This document shows positions 44,302-55,581 of a stretch of DNA of 64,000 nucleotides, piece by piece (positions within the stretch are counted from its first letter, which is position 1; each line of letters begins with the position of its first letter). The stretch covers positions 4,480,001-4,544,000 of the forward strand of contig CM000151.3 in the NCBI GenBank assembly GCA_000004695.1. Direction: 5' to 3'. The notes below the pieces were generated by a model, which was not told the origin of the DNA, did no database searches, and saw nothing but the letters and a program-made list of their open reading frames with translations. This DNA comes from Dictyostelium discoideum (lineage: Eukaryota). The position numbers and the translations under genes are program-made.

Positions 44302-44794
44302 CTATTTCTTAAAAAGTTTTTTTTTTTTTTTTTTTTATCCCTAATACTAAAATTATAATTTGATGGTCAAATTATAATTTTTACGAGTTCATTTTTTTTT
44401 TTTAGATATTTATTTAATAATTGATTATTTGATTTATTTATTTTTTTAAATTTATTATTTAGTTTTTAATAAAAAAAAAAAATAAAAAATAATTAGAAAC
44501 CAAATAATCAAATATTTATTTAATAAAAAAGAACTTAATTTATAAAACTTGTGCCAATAAAAAAAAAAAAAAAAAAAAAAAAAATAGGCACATAAAAAAA
44601 ATGCACTAAAAATAAAAAAAAAAAAAAAAAAATTAAAAAAACGAAAAAAAAAAAAACGAAGAAAAGTCCCACAAACTAGACCAATGATTGTTTTGTACTT
44701 TAGAACGAATCATAACAACCAAACAATTCGACAATAAGTAGGTAATTCTTATCTATAGAATGTTTTCTACGGAATCATTCAATACATAAAATTA

Positions 44795-44890
44795 CAACTT
44801 TATGATGACCCAATACTTTAAGAACATCCAATCATGTTTAAAAGTGTCATGCAAAGGGTAGCACCTTTGTCATGACTGTCTGATTTCCTA
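44795..44890 (+). ncRNA. Candidate box C/D snoRNA: C box TGATGA at 44803-44808 and D box CTGA at 44880-44883, about 75 nt apart
   Basis: A GC-richer (about 38%) ORF-free island sits in an intergenic region. It carries aactttaTGATGAcccaatac…tcatgaCTGTCTGAtttcc. I did not convincingly find a terminal stem. Confidence 0.2.
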
Positions 44891-45162
44891 ATGTCCACCA
44901 TTTTTTAAAATAATTAAAGAAAAAAAAAATAATAAATTAAATTAAAGTAGTAAATAATTTTTAATGTTTTTATAACAAATGAAGAAATAAATAATAATAG
45001 TAATAAGGTTTTTTTTTAATAATAATAAAAACAAAAAAAATAAAAAAATAAGGCTATGTTTTAATGAAAAAAAAAAAAAAATTAAAGGTGTAAATTTATT
45101 TTATTATTTTGGAGAAAAAAAAAAAATTAAAAATAAAAACAAAGTTTTAATTAAATAATATC

Positions 45163-46298
45163 TTATTTTTTAATTTTTTGAAGAAATGTGTTTAATGTAA
45201 TTCCAACAGTTTCTTCAATCTTTTTTTTTTTTTTTAAAAAAAAAAATTAAGGTATTAGTGTGATTGTTGGTTGGTTAGTCATAATAATAATAAAAAATTA
45301 AATTAAATTAAATTAAATTTAATACATACATCGTTCTTGAATTTAATAGTTTTAATTAGATCATCAACACGATCATCTACGAATCTCCAAGTGTTGGAAT
45401 GATCAACTGATGTATCTGATAACATAAATAATTCTGCTGAAGTGTATAATGCAATTAAAAGTCCACGTTTGGCATACCAATCAAACTTTTTTTTTTTTTT
45501 TTTTTTTTTTGATTATAAAAATAAAAATAATAAATTAGTGACAATGTTTTTTTTTTTTTTTTTTTTTAAAAAAAATATTCAACATACATCAGAAGATTTA
45601 TCACCAACTAAATACCAAATATTATCAACTAAAGTTAACATTGAAGGAGAACTATTTACGATATTTTTTGGATTTGCTAAAAGTTGCATTGCTTCAGACC
45701 ATCTTCCAATAAAAGGTTTGATCATTGATAATCTTAATTTCAAAGCTAATTTCACTTTTTCTTTTTTTGATAAACCTGATAATAATTGTTGTTCACTATT
45801 TTCAGCATCACTTAATTTAATCATTAAATCTGTATTACATTTAGTAACAAAGTATAATGCCAATTCATATGCTGAATCTTCACCCAAAATACCTTGAGTA
45901 ATTGGTGGATATCCCATTTCAATACATGCTTTACTAACTGCTTCTGATGTCCATCCATATGAATTTACATATTTTAATGAATTTTCTAAAATTTTAATTT
46001 TTAATTCAATTTCATTATTTATTTTATTAGTTTGTTGTTCTGGTTGTTGTTCTGGTTGTTGTTGTTGTTCTTGTTTTATTTGTTCTTGTTTTAATTCTAT
46101 TTTTTCATTTTGATTTGGTACTGTAGTTGAAAAGAAATTTATTTTATTATATGTTTGTTTAATATTTGTATTATTATCATTATTATTATTATTTAAAAAT
46201 AATGAATTTCTTAAAATTGTAACATTTGTAAATTTATTTGAAGATAAAGTGCTTCTTAAAAAAAGACTATTGCTTTTTTTTAATATGTTGGAAATCAT
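45163..46298 (-). CDS. coq9: Ubiquinone biosynthesis protein COQ9 homologue of about 307 aa. Three exons: 46298..45588, 45485..45330, 45219..45163.
   Basis: COQ9 domain motifs are present (SYGWTSEAVSKACIEMGYP, FIGRWSEAMQLLANP, then DWYAKRGLLIALYTSAELFMLSDTSVDHSNTWRFVDDRVDDL in exon 2). Both donors are gat|GTATGT. Acceptors are aaaaag| and aaaaaag|. Phases close, giving C-terminal …IEETVGITLNTFLQKIKK*. Confidence 0.75.
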
Positions 46299-46346
46299 GA
46301 TTTCTCTTTTCTTTCGTTTTGTTTTTTTTTTTTGAAAACAATAAAA

Positions 46347-46377
<31 letters not shown>

Positions 46378-46611
46378 AAAAAATAAAAAATAAAAAAAAA
46401 ATAAAAAAATAAAAAATTAAAAAAATAAAATAAAATTTAATATCAAAATCATAGTTAAGATGAATTGGCATTGATTATTTTAATAATAAAATTAAAACAC
46501 TTTTTTTGGAGTTGTTTAAAATTTTTATTTTTTATTTTTTTTTTCCTTTATCGTTTATTAATTCTTTTTTAATATTTTTTAAAATTATTAACTTTTTTTT
46601 TTTTTTTTTTT

Positions 46612-46663
<52 letters not shown>

Positions 46664-46719
46664 ATAAATCATAGCGCCAATCTTTAAAATTATATTTAAA
46701 ATCATATTTAAAATCATAT

Positions 46720-48613
46720 TTAAAGTTCATTAGTTTTCATATATAAATATTTATGATATAATAAATCAGTTTCATTTTTTTCATCATATTTATCAAATAG
46801 TTGCATTAAATCATATTTTGTATCATTGAAAAGTTGATATAGTTGTTTTGCTTTTTCAAGATCACTAACACCATTTGGTACATCACCATTATAATACATA
46901 TCTGATAAAATAAAAGGTGATAAACATTGATAGCCAGAAATATGTAAATATTTTACTTGAATTCCATCTGCATTTTCAATTGATTTATTAAAATAGTAAA
47001 TTGATTTCTCTAAATCAATATCTTCACCAAAAAGACCAGAACGATAAACATATCCTAAAAATTCTTGAGCTCTAATTACACCACCATTAATTTTATGTAT
47101 ATTAAATAATTCGTCATCGTTATCACTATTACCATTATTTATTAAATCAAAATTAGGTGGTAATGTTGATGCGTGTAACATTAAACCAATTATTAATTGA
47201 TTATTTCTAATATCAAAGTCTTTTGGGTTACTAGGTATTAATGAATTTGCAAATTCAAAATAAGGTTGAGCATATTTAGTTTGGTTACCTATACATCTAC
47301 TGAAAGCTTCTGCCTGTAAATCTAAATTTGGAAAAGTTCTTAATCTAACAACATCTGAAATGAATCTTTCAATTAAATGTTTTTCAGATAGTCCGAATGT
47401 AATCGAAGAATTAAAATACTTTTCATAACTTTTCCCAGTTTGTTTCTTTATTAATATTTTAAATTTATCAGTTAATACTTCTTTAAATTGATTTAAATGA
47501 AGGTTACCAAGTTTTTCAATTCTCAATTTACATTCTTTTTCAAAATCCCTTTCTTTATCAGACAATTTACATTGATTTGATAATTTTAATTTTTCATTAG
47601 TTTCAAATTTAAATTTATTAGTTTCTTCAATTGATGATTTATCATTTTGATTTTCATTATTATTAGATAATAATGATAATGAACAATCAGAAAATTGAAT
47701 TGATCTTTCAAATTTTGAGAATTTACTGAAAATTTGAGCGATTCTATAATATGGTTTAAACCAGTTTGGTCTTTTTGATAATGATAGGATTGAATAACGT
47801 AATGATTCGTGAATTGGTAATGGATATTGTTCGACAAGATTAATGATTCTCTTTGGATCATTCACTTTTGCTAAAAAACAAGTACTGATATTTAAATATA
47901 GTATACCTTTAATACTATCTGATAAACCTCCTAATGTGAATGCTCCTAAATAACTCTCAATCGCTTTATCAAATTCACCTCTACTAAATAATTTATTACC
48001 ATTATCTTTAAATGTATTAACTTGATTTTTATTATGTGGTAAAAGCCAATAATCATCCACACTATTTGAATTCATCGGTTGAATAATCTGTTCATCAACA
48101 CAAACCACTCCACTGAGCCTAATTTTTTTTAGAAATTTAACTGTCATTTCTATAATTTCTTTAAATTTTTCAATACTAATTTTAAAATCTTTTATATTAT
48201 CAACTAGAATATCATATAATTTAAAATTAATATTTAATTTTGAAAATGATTTATTATAAAAAAAAGAGTTAAGACTTACAATTTAAATTTAAATATTGTT
48301 TAAATTCTTTAATAGAGTCAACAACATTTTTAACTTCTTTTTTAACTTGTAAAATTGAAATGATATTTGTAATTAGTTTAAATGAAAAATTTTCATGGTT
48401 ACCAATTTGTAATAATAATTTTTCTGCTATTGTTAAAGCTCTATAACCTTGTAGATCATTTTGTCTATACAATGTTTCATACTTTTTTGGTGAACGTATA
48501 TCCAATGTTTTTGGAGTATTTGTTAAAATTAATTCAAATAATTTATCTTTTAATTCTGATACTAAAAGTGATTCAATCAAATATTTAATTTTAAAATAAT
48601 TATTTGTTTCCAT
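46720..48613 (-). CDS. TPR / Sel1-like repeat protein of about 605 aa. Exon 1 is 48613..48280, the intron 48279..48204, exon 2 is 48203..46720.
   Basis: Exon 1 (METNNYFKIKYL…KEFKQYLNLN) ends at t|GTAAGT. The acceptor ttctag| restores the frame into …FDNIKDFKISIEKFKEIIEMTVKFLKK…, the listed 475-aa ORF. An N-terminal TPR-like unit reads FKDNGNKLFSRGEFDKAIESY. C-terminal Sel1-like units read AQEFLGYVYRSGLFGEDIDLEKSIYYFNKS and KAKQLYQLF. Confidence 0.65.
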
Positions 48614-48670
48614 TTTATATTTCTATATTTATAAAAAATAAAAACATAAAATCAAAAAATGGTTATTTTT

Positions 48671-48706
<36 letters not shown>

Positions 48707-49283
48707 AAAAAAAACGTTCAAATGGTAAAATGTTACCTAAAAACAACTATACCGATTTTTATTTGATACTTCACTATTTATTTATTCTATTAAATATTTA
48801 TTAATTTATTTATTATTATTATTAACTTTTTTTTATTATGTACAAAATTTATTTTTTATTAACTTTTTTTTTTTTTTTTTTTTTGATAAGGAATAAACTG
48901 TATAAAATATAATTAATAAAATTAATAATGTTCTCAAACATTATAAATTATTATTAAAAAATAAGATTTATTATAAAAAAATAATAATATTAATAAAAAA
49001 ATAATAATATTAATAAAAAAATAATAAAAATAAAAAAAAATAAAAAAAACCAATAATAATAATAATAATTTTTATTTATTTATTTATTTTTTAATTTAAT
49101 TTTCAATAAAGAAGTTTAAAAAAATTAAGAAAAGTTATTTTAATAAATTAATAAATATAAATAAAAAAATTATCAAAATAAATCTAAATAATTTAAAACA
49201 GTATTTTTTATTTTTTTTTATTTTTTTTTATTTTTTTTTTATTCATTTTATTTTTTTTTTCTAATTAATTAAAATAAATTTTA

Positions 49284-49577
49284 TCAGTAATTAATTTTAT
49301 CAGTAATTAATTTATCTGTGTTTGAGGTACAATATTTCCCTATTCGTTCCATTTCTTTCTCATGTCTTTCCAACATTCTTGCATGATTTTCCATTTCAAT
49401 CATATTACTCTTTTGGATTTTAAAATTCTTTAACCTATTATTTTCCCTTTTTTTTGATAGCAATCGGTTACATGTACTACAAATAAAACTATCATTTAAA
49501 AATTTACCATCAATTGGTATTTCAAGAAAATGGAGTTCACATAAAAAATCTGGAATTTGTTCCAATAATTCTTTCAT
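49284..49577 (-). CDS. Small hypothetical protein, 97 aa, Cys-containing. A Lys-rich ORF lies just upstream on the same strand (49620..49748).
   Basis: Genuine ATG (MKELLEQIPDFLCELHFLEIPIDGKFLNDSFICSTCNRLLSKKREN…). The upstream MKKSKINKDKKEKKRVEKSEDPIPKKKKKSVLSEENKIVE* ORF could be a 5' exon, but I could not build a splice that joins them. Confidence 0.3.
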   Translation of the reverse strand: MKELLEQIPDFLCELHFLEIPIDGKFLNDSFICSTCNRLLSKKRENNRLKNFKIQKSNMIEMENHARMLERHEKEMERIGKYCTSNTDKLITDKINY

Positions 49578-49813
49578 AACCTCTTCATTATCAATAATAT
49601 TTTCATTATTTAATAAAAAATTTCATATTATTCATTCAACAATTTTATTTTCTTCAGACAATACACTTTTTTTTTTTTTTTGGAATTGGATCTTCAGATT
49701 TTTCAACTCTTTTTTTCTCTTTCTTATCTTTATTTATTTTACTCTTTTTCATTTTTTATATTACTTTATGATTTTAAATAAAACTAAAAAAAAAAAAAAT
49801 TAAAAACTTTTGT

Positions 49814-49856
<43 letters not shown>

Positions 49857-50109
49857 ATAAAAAAGAATAAAAGAAAATTCTTTTAAACCCTTTTTGGGAA
49901 AAAAATAAAAGGGGTTTTTTTTTAATTATTATTCTTTTTAAGATTCAATGGTTTTTTATTTATTTTGTTGAGGGCTCATTTTTTATTTTTTTTATTTTTT
50001 TTATTAATTACTCAGGGTGATCATTTTTTTTTTTTTTTTTTTTTTTATTAATTGCTCAGGGTGTTTATTTTTTATTTTTATTTTTATTTTTATTTTTTTT
50101 ATTTTTTTT

Positions 50110-50340
50110 GGAGACTCCTTCAATCAAGCATTGGATGGAAATTGGCCACCAAGAAATTTAGTGGAACTATCATTTGGAAGGGGATTTGAACAACCAATTA
50201 AAGTCTCATAAACTACCTCAATCGTTAACTAGTATTATTCTTCACGATGGCTATGATGAAGTTATTGAGCCAAATTCAATTCCTCAATCAGTAACAACAC
50301 AAGATTGTGAAATTAACCTATAAAAAACATTCATCAATTA
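50110..50340 (+). pseudogene. Degenerate FNIP-repeat protein fragment (gene debris). More decayed coding-like GC-richer sequence follows to about 50940.
   Basis: …NWPPRNLVELSFGRGFEQPIKVS*…LPQSLTSIILHDGYDEVIEPNSIPQSVTTQDCEINL* shows FNIP-like periodicity (L..L.FG..F.QPI…IP.SL) broken by stops and frameshifts. It is flanked upstream by three copies of a 'ctcagggtg(a/t)tcatttttt' motif (49965..50070). Confidence 0.35.
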
Positions 50341-51330
50341 GTAGTAGTGTTTTAAACTCTGTAACTAGATTATATATTACAAGTGCTTCAGCTGATCATC
50401 TAGATCCCAAATCATTTACTTCTAAAGATATATTATACCATTGATCTAAATTTGAATCAGTTATATTCTCAATTGGTGCACACCAATTGATTTCATCATG
50501 ATAATCATAATCTGCTTGTTTTCTTTTATTTGATAAATCTATATTTTGTTTAAATAACCATGGTACCCAATTATGATTTGGAAATAGTGAATAACATATT
50601 TTAATAACTGATCTACCTTAATAATTAACTAAACTTGTACCTTCAGCTATATTATTAAAATCACTTAAACCAAGTTTATAACATCATCAATTTTAGATTG
50701 ATCACATGAATTTAAAACTATATTAAATTGGTTTATGTTTTTCAATTAATTCAAAAGTACTGTACCATGTGGTGTACCATATGGTGCACCGTGAACATTA
50801 TATCCCAAACACTGGACCCCTAATGCTATATAAAATATAGATGATTCATTATAATTAATTGGTCTATCTATAATTGTTTTATTAGTTAATATTTTAGTGC
50901 TATTGCTTTTATTGAATCTTTTTAAATGTCAAGAGAAATTTAAATATTTTTTATAAAATTTATTTTGAATTAAAAAAAAAAAAAAATAAAAAAAAAATAA
51001 AAAATGGAAATAAAAAAAAAAAAAAAATTAAACAGAACAAAAGTTAAATTAAAAAAAGAAAATTATGTTTTTTTTTTTTTTTTGGTCAAGATTTTTCCCA
51101 ATAAGTGGATTCTTAATTTCATAAAAAAAAAATAAAAAAATAAAAAATAATAATTATAATAATAATACTATTTCAACATGTAATTTGAAAAAGTTTTGAT
51201 AGATTCAACAATTCAAATAAAAAGACAATACAACATAATAATGGATAAAGATGAAACAAAATAAAATTAAAAATAGATTTAATATTATTTTTTTTTTTTA
51301 TTTAAATTTTTTTTATTCCAAAAAAGGAAT

Positions 51331-51362
<32 letters not shown>

Positions 51363-51499
51363 AAAAATAAAAAAAATAAAAAAAAAAATAAATTAAAAAT
51401 TAAAAAAAATAAAAAAATAAAACAGTTTTAAAAAAAATTTTTTTTTATTGTTTTTAAAAAATATCAAGCGAGCGATACTTTTTATTGTTTTTTTTTTTA

Positions 51500-51540
<41 letters not shown>

Positions 51541-51582
51541 CCCACAATTCATAAAATTCCTCCCCCTTATAAATAAATTAAA

Positions 51583-52438
51583 ATGAGTGCACCAAACAAT
51601 AATAATAATAATAATAATACATCACCAAGACAAACAACAACATCACCAACAACAACAGCAGCAGTAACAACAAAAGCTCCTGGACCATTTCATTCACATT
51701 CCACACCTCAATATTTAAATTGTGCACCAAATTGTAATACATGTACATCACCAAATGTAAATTCAATAGAGATAGATCAATTGATAGCTAATAATCATGC
51801 CTGGTCAACTAGAATCAAACAAGAGGATCCAGGATTTTTCACACATTTAGCAGAGGCACAAAAACCACGTTTCCTTTGGATCGGTTGTTCCGATAGTCGT
51901 GTTCCAGCTGAGCGTTTAACTGGTCTTGAAAGTGGTCAACTATTTGTTCACCGTAATGTAGCCAATTTGGTAATTCACACCGATTTAAATTGTTTATCGG
52001 TTGTCCAATACGCTGTGGAAGTATTACAAGTTGAACATATCATCATTTGTGGTCATTATGGTTGTGGTGGGTGTTGCAGCCGCTTACGATAATCCAGAGT
52101 TGGGTTTAATCAATAATTGGTTACTTCACATTAGAGATCTCACCTTCAAACACGCCACTATGATCTCAATGTTGGAGGGCAATAGAAAACGTCTCTTGGA
52201 TACCTTGTGTGAATTAAATGTAGTAGAACAATGTTTCAATTTAGGTAATTCAACAGTTATGCAATCCGCCTGGAAAAGAGGTCAAGATGTTAAAATTCAT
52301 GGTTGGATTTACGGTATTCAAGATGGTTATCTTCGTGATTTAGGTATCACTGCTTCATCTCGTGATACTTTAGAATCAAATTATAAAAATTCAATTCAAA
52401 AATTAAAAGAAAATATTTCATTAAGTACAAGTAACTAA
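51583..52438 (+). CDS. Beta-class carbonic anhydrase with an apparent +1 frameshift at about 52069-52071: frame 1 runs to 52070 and frame 2 from 52072
   Basis: Frame 1 reads …[16 protein letters not shown]…[12 protein letters not shown]. Frame 2 then reads (G)[23 protein letters not shown]…, which is the canonical beta-CA CxDxR / HxxCGG(V/I)xAA arrangement. Deleting one G from 'ggtgggtgtt' makes a single 284-codon ORF. Confidence 0.8.
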
Positions 52439-52647
52439 AATTAAATTAAGTTAAATAAAAAAAAAAAAACAAATGTAAAAAAAAAAAAAAAAAAAAAAAA
52501 AAAGACCATCATTTTTTTTTTTTTATATTTACAAAAATCTTTTTTTTATTTCGGTTTTTTTTTCATTTTTTTTTTTTAGAGTTTCCGAAATTTTCAAAAA
52601 TAAATTAATCTAACTTTTAATTAATATAACTTTTAATTAATTAATTT

Positions 52648-52688
<41 letters not shown>

Positions 52689-53605
52689 AAAACCAACATC
52701 AATACAAACCTCAACATTATATCATATTAATAAAAAATTTATTCTATAAATTAAAATTAAAAAAAGGATTAAAAAAAAAAAATGAATAAAAAAAAAAAAA
52801 ATGAATAAAAAAAAAAAATGGGTTGTTTAAATTCCGATGCCATCTGTTTTATTATCAATGATTGTTGTTGAAATTTTGTTTACAAATTATGATTGTTAAA
52901 TTAGAAACAAAAAAAAAAAAAAAACAATAATATTTCCATTTTAAAAATCAATTACAAAAAAAAAAATATAAGCCATCCCTCTTATAATATGCTTTTATAA
53001 TGAAAATGACGATGAGAATGATGAGGAAGAGAAGTCAAAGATTAAGGGGATACAATTTTTTAAAAAAATGAAAAAAATAAAAAAATTAAAAAAATAAAAA
53101 TAATAAAAAAACATATTATTTTGTTGTATGAATAATGGAATCTTTACTTTATTTGTTTTTTTTTTTTTTTTTTTTTCATCTTTTTCTTCTTTTTCTGAGT
53201 TTTTTTAATCACACAAACCCAAAAAAAAAAAAAATTGATTTTTTTTTTTTTTTTTTTTAAAAAATAATAATATACAATAAAAATAAATAAAACTTAAGTT
53301 GTAGGGTTAAAAATATGTTTTTTTTTTTTTTTTTTTTTTTTTTTCCTTTTTTTTTTTTTTTTTTTTTTTTGAAGTTCTTTTTTTTTTTTTTTTTTATTTC
53401 TCATAATTACTACCACCCATGTTTAATTCTATCCTCTGCAAATATAAGGTTAATCTAGATAGAATGAAAAATAAAATTGAAAATATCTATTAAATTTATT
53501 TTTTAATCGAGATTGGCCCATGAAAATTTTTTTTTATTTTTTTTTTTATTTTTTTAAATTTTTTTTTTACCATTTTTTTTTTATTTTTTTTCTTTTTTTT
53601 CATCA

Positions 53606-53636
<31 letters not shown>

Positions 53637-54300
53637 TACTGCAACTGGTGTCATATTATATACATTTTAAATTAATTATCAACGCGCACCATCTCCTTAA
53701 ATAATTAATAGCAGTATTATTATTATTTTTATTATAATAACTATTATTTCTGTAAAAATAAACCTTGTACAAATTGTATTTAATAAAATTTTAAAAATAA
53801 AAAAAGAAGTATAATTAAAAAAAAAAAAAAAAAAAAAAGTAAAATTAAAATTAAAAAAAAAAAAAAAAAACCATATAATAATTAAAAAAAAAGGTATGTA
53901 ATGCTAGGTCCAACTTTTTTTATTTTTGTTTCATTTTTTATTTATTTTGCCTTCTTTGTTTTGAGACAAAAAATAAAAAAAATAAAATAAAATAAAAAAA
54001 AATAAAAAAAAAAAAAGGAAATTTTTTTTTTCAATTAAAAATCTTTTTTTCAACTGCATTACAACCAACTAACTTTTTTTTTCTTTTTTTTTTTTATTTT
54101 TTATTTTTTTTTTTTTTTTTATTTTCTATTGTTTATTTATTCTTGTATTATTTCCATCAATAATATAGATTTTATTAATTTTTTTTAAATATCTAATTAT
54201 TTTTTTAATTTTTTTTTTTTTATTAAAATTATTACATTTGTATTATTATCTATTTATTAAAATTTTTTTTTTTTTTTTTTTTTAATTAATTAATCTTTAT

Positions 54301-54335
<35 letters not shown>

Positions 54336-54414
54336 AACACACATATATAATTTATTTATTTATTTATTTTCAAAAAAAAGAAAATAATAATAATAAAAAA
54401 AAAATTAATAAAAA

Positions 54415-54974
54415 ATGGAAGACGATGATACCTTAAATGGTGAATACTTTCAACCAGTAGAGGATATGATTACTCTACCAATTTTAACAGAAGAATCTTT
54501 ATTACTCAATTTAAAGATGAGATATAAAAAGAAGGAGATTTACACTTACACTGGTTCAATTTTGGTAGCAGTCAATCCGTACGAAATTCTACCAATTTAT
54601 ACAGCAGACATTGTGAAAAGCTATTTCGCCAAATCACGTAATCTCATGTTACCTCATATTTTCGCTGTTTCCGATGCAGCATTTACAAATATGATCGAAG
54701 AGGGTAAAAATCAATCAATTATTATTTCTGGTGAATCTGGTGCTGGTAAAACTGAATCAACAAAACTTATCATTCAATATCTCGCCGCAAGAACAAATCG
54801 TCATTCCCAAGTCGAACAAATGATTGTTGAATCTTCTCCAATCTTGGAAGCTTTTGGTAATGCAAAAACAATTAGAAATAATAACTCTTCTAGATTTGGT
54901 AAATTTATTGAAATTCAATTTAATAGAGAAGGTCATATTTCTGGTGCTAGAATTATAAATTGTAAGTTTTCCAG

Positions 54975-55014
<40 letters not shown>

Positions 55015-55550
55015 GTATTAATATTTTTTTATTTCACTTTTTTTTTCATCAACCCTCTTGTCAAAATTTTTTATTTTTTTTATTTCTCAATTCTATCAAA
55101 CCATACCAAAAAAAAAAAAAGACTTATTAGAAAAATCTAGAATTTCACATCAAGCTAGTTCAGAAAGAAATTATCATATTTTTTATCAATTATTAGCAGG
55201 TGCATCAGATGAATTAAAAGAGAAATTAAAATTGGGTGAACCAGAAGATTATCACTATTTAAGTCAAAGTGGTTGTATTAGAATTGAAAATATTAATGAT
55301 GTTGAAGATTTTGAACATGTCAAATATGCAATGAATGTTTTAGGTCTCCCAGAAGATAAACAATTTACAATCTTTTCAATTGTTTCAGCAGTTTTACATA
55401 TTGGTAATTTAAAATTTGAAAAATCTGAAAAAACTCAAGGTGCTGAAGGTTCTGAAGTTTCAAATAAAGATAGTAAGTTATTTAATTTTTTTTTTTATTT
55501 TTTTTTTTTTTTTTTTCATTTTTCAAAATTTATTTAAGCATATATACTAA

Positions 55551-55581
<31 letters not shown>

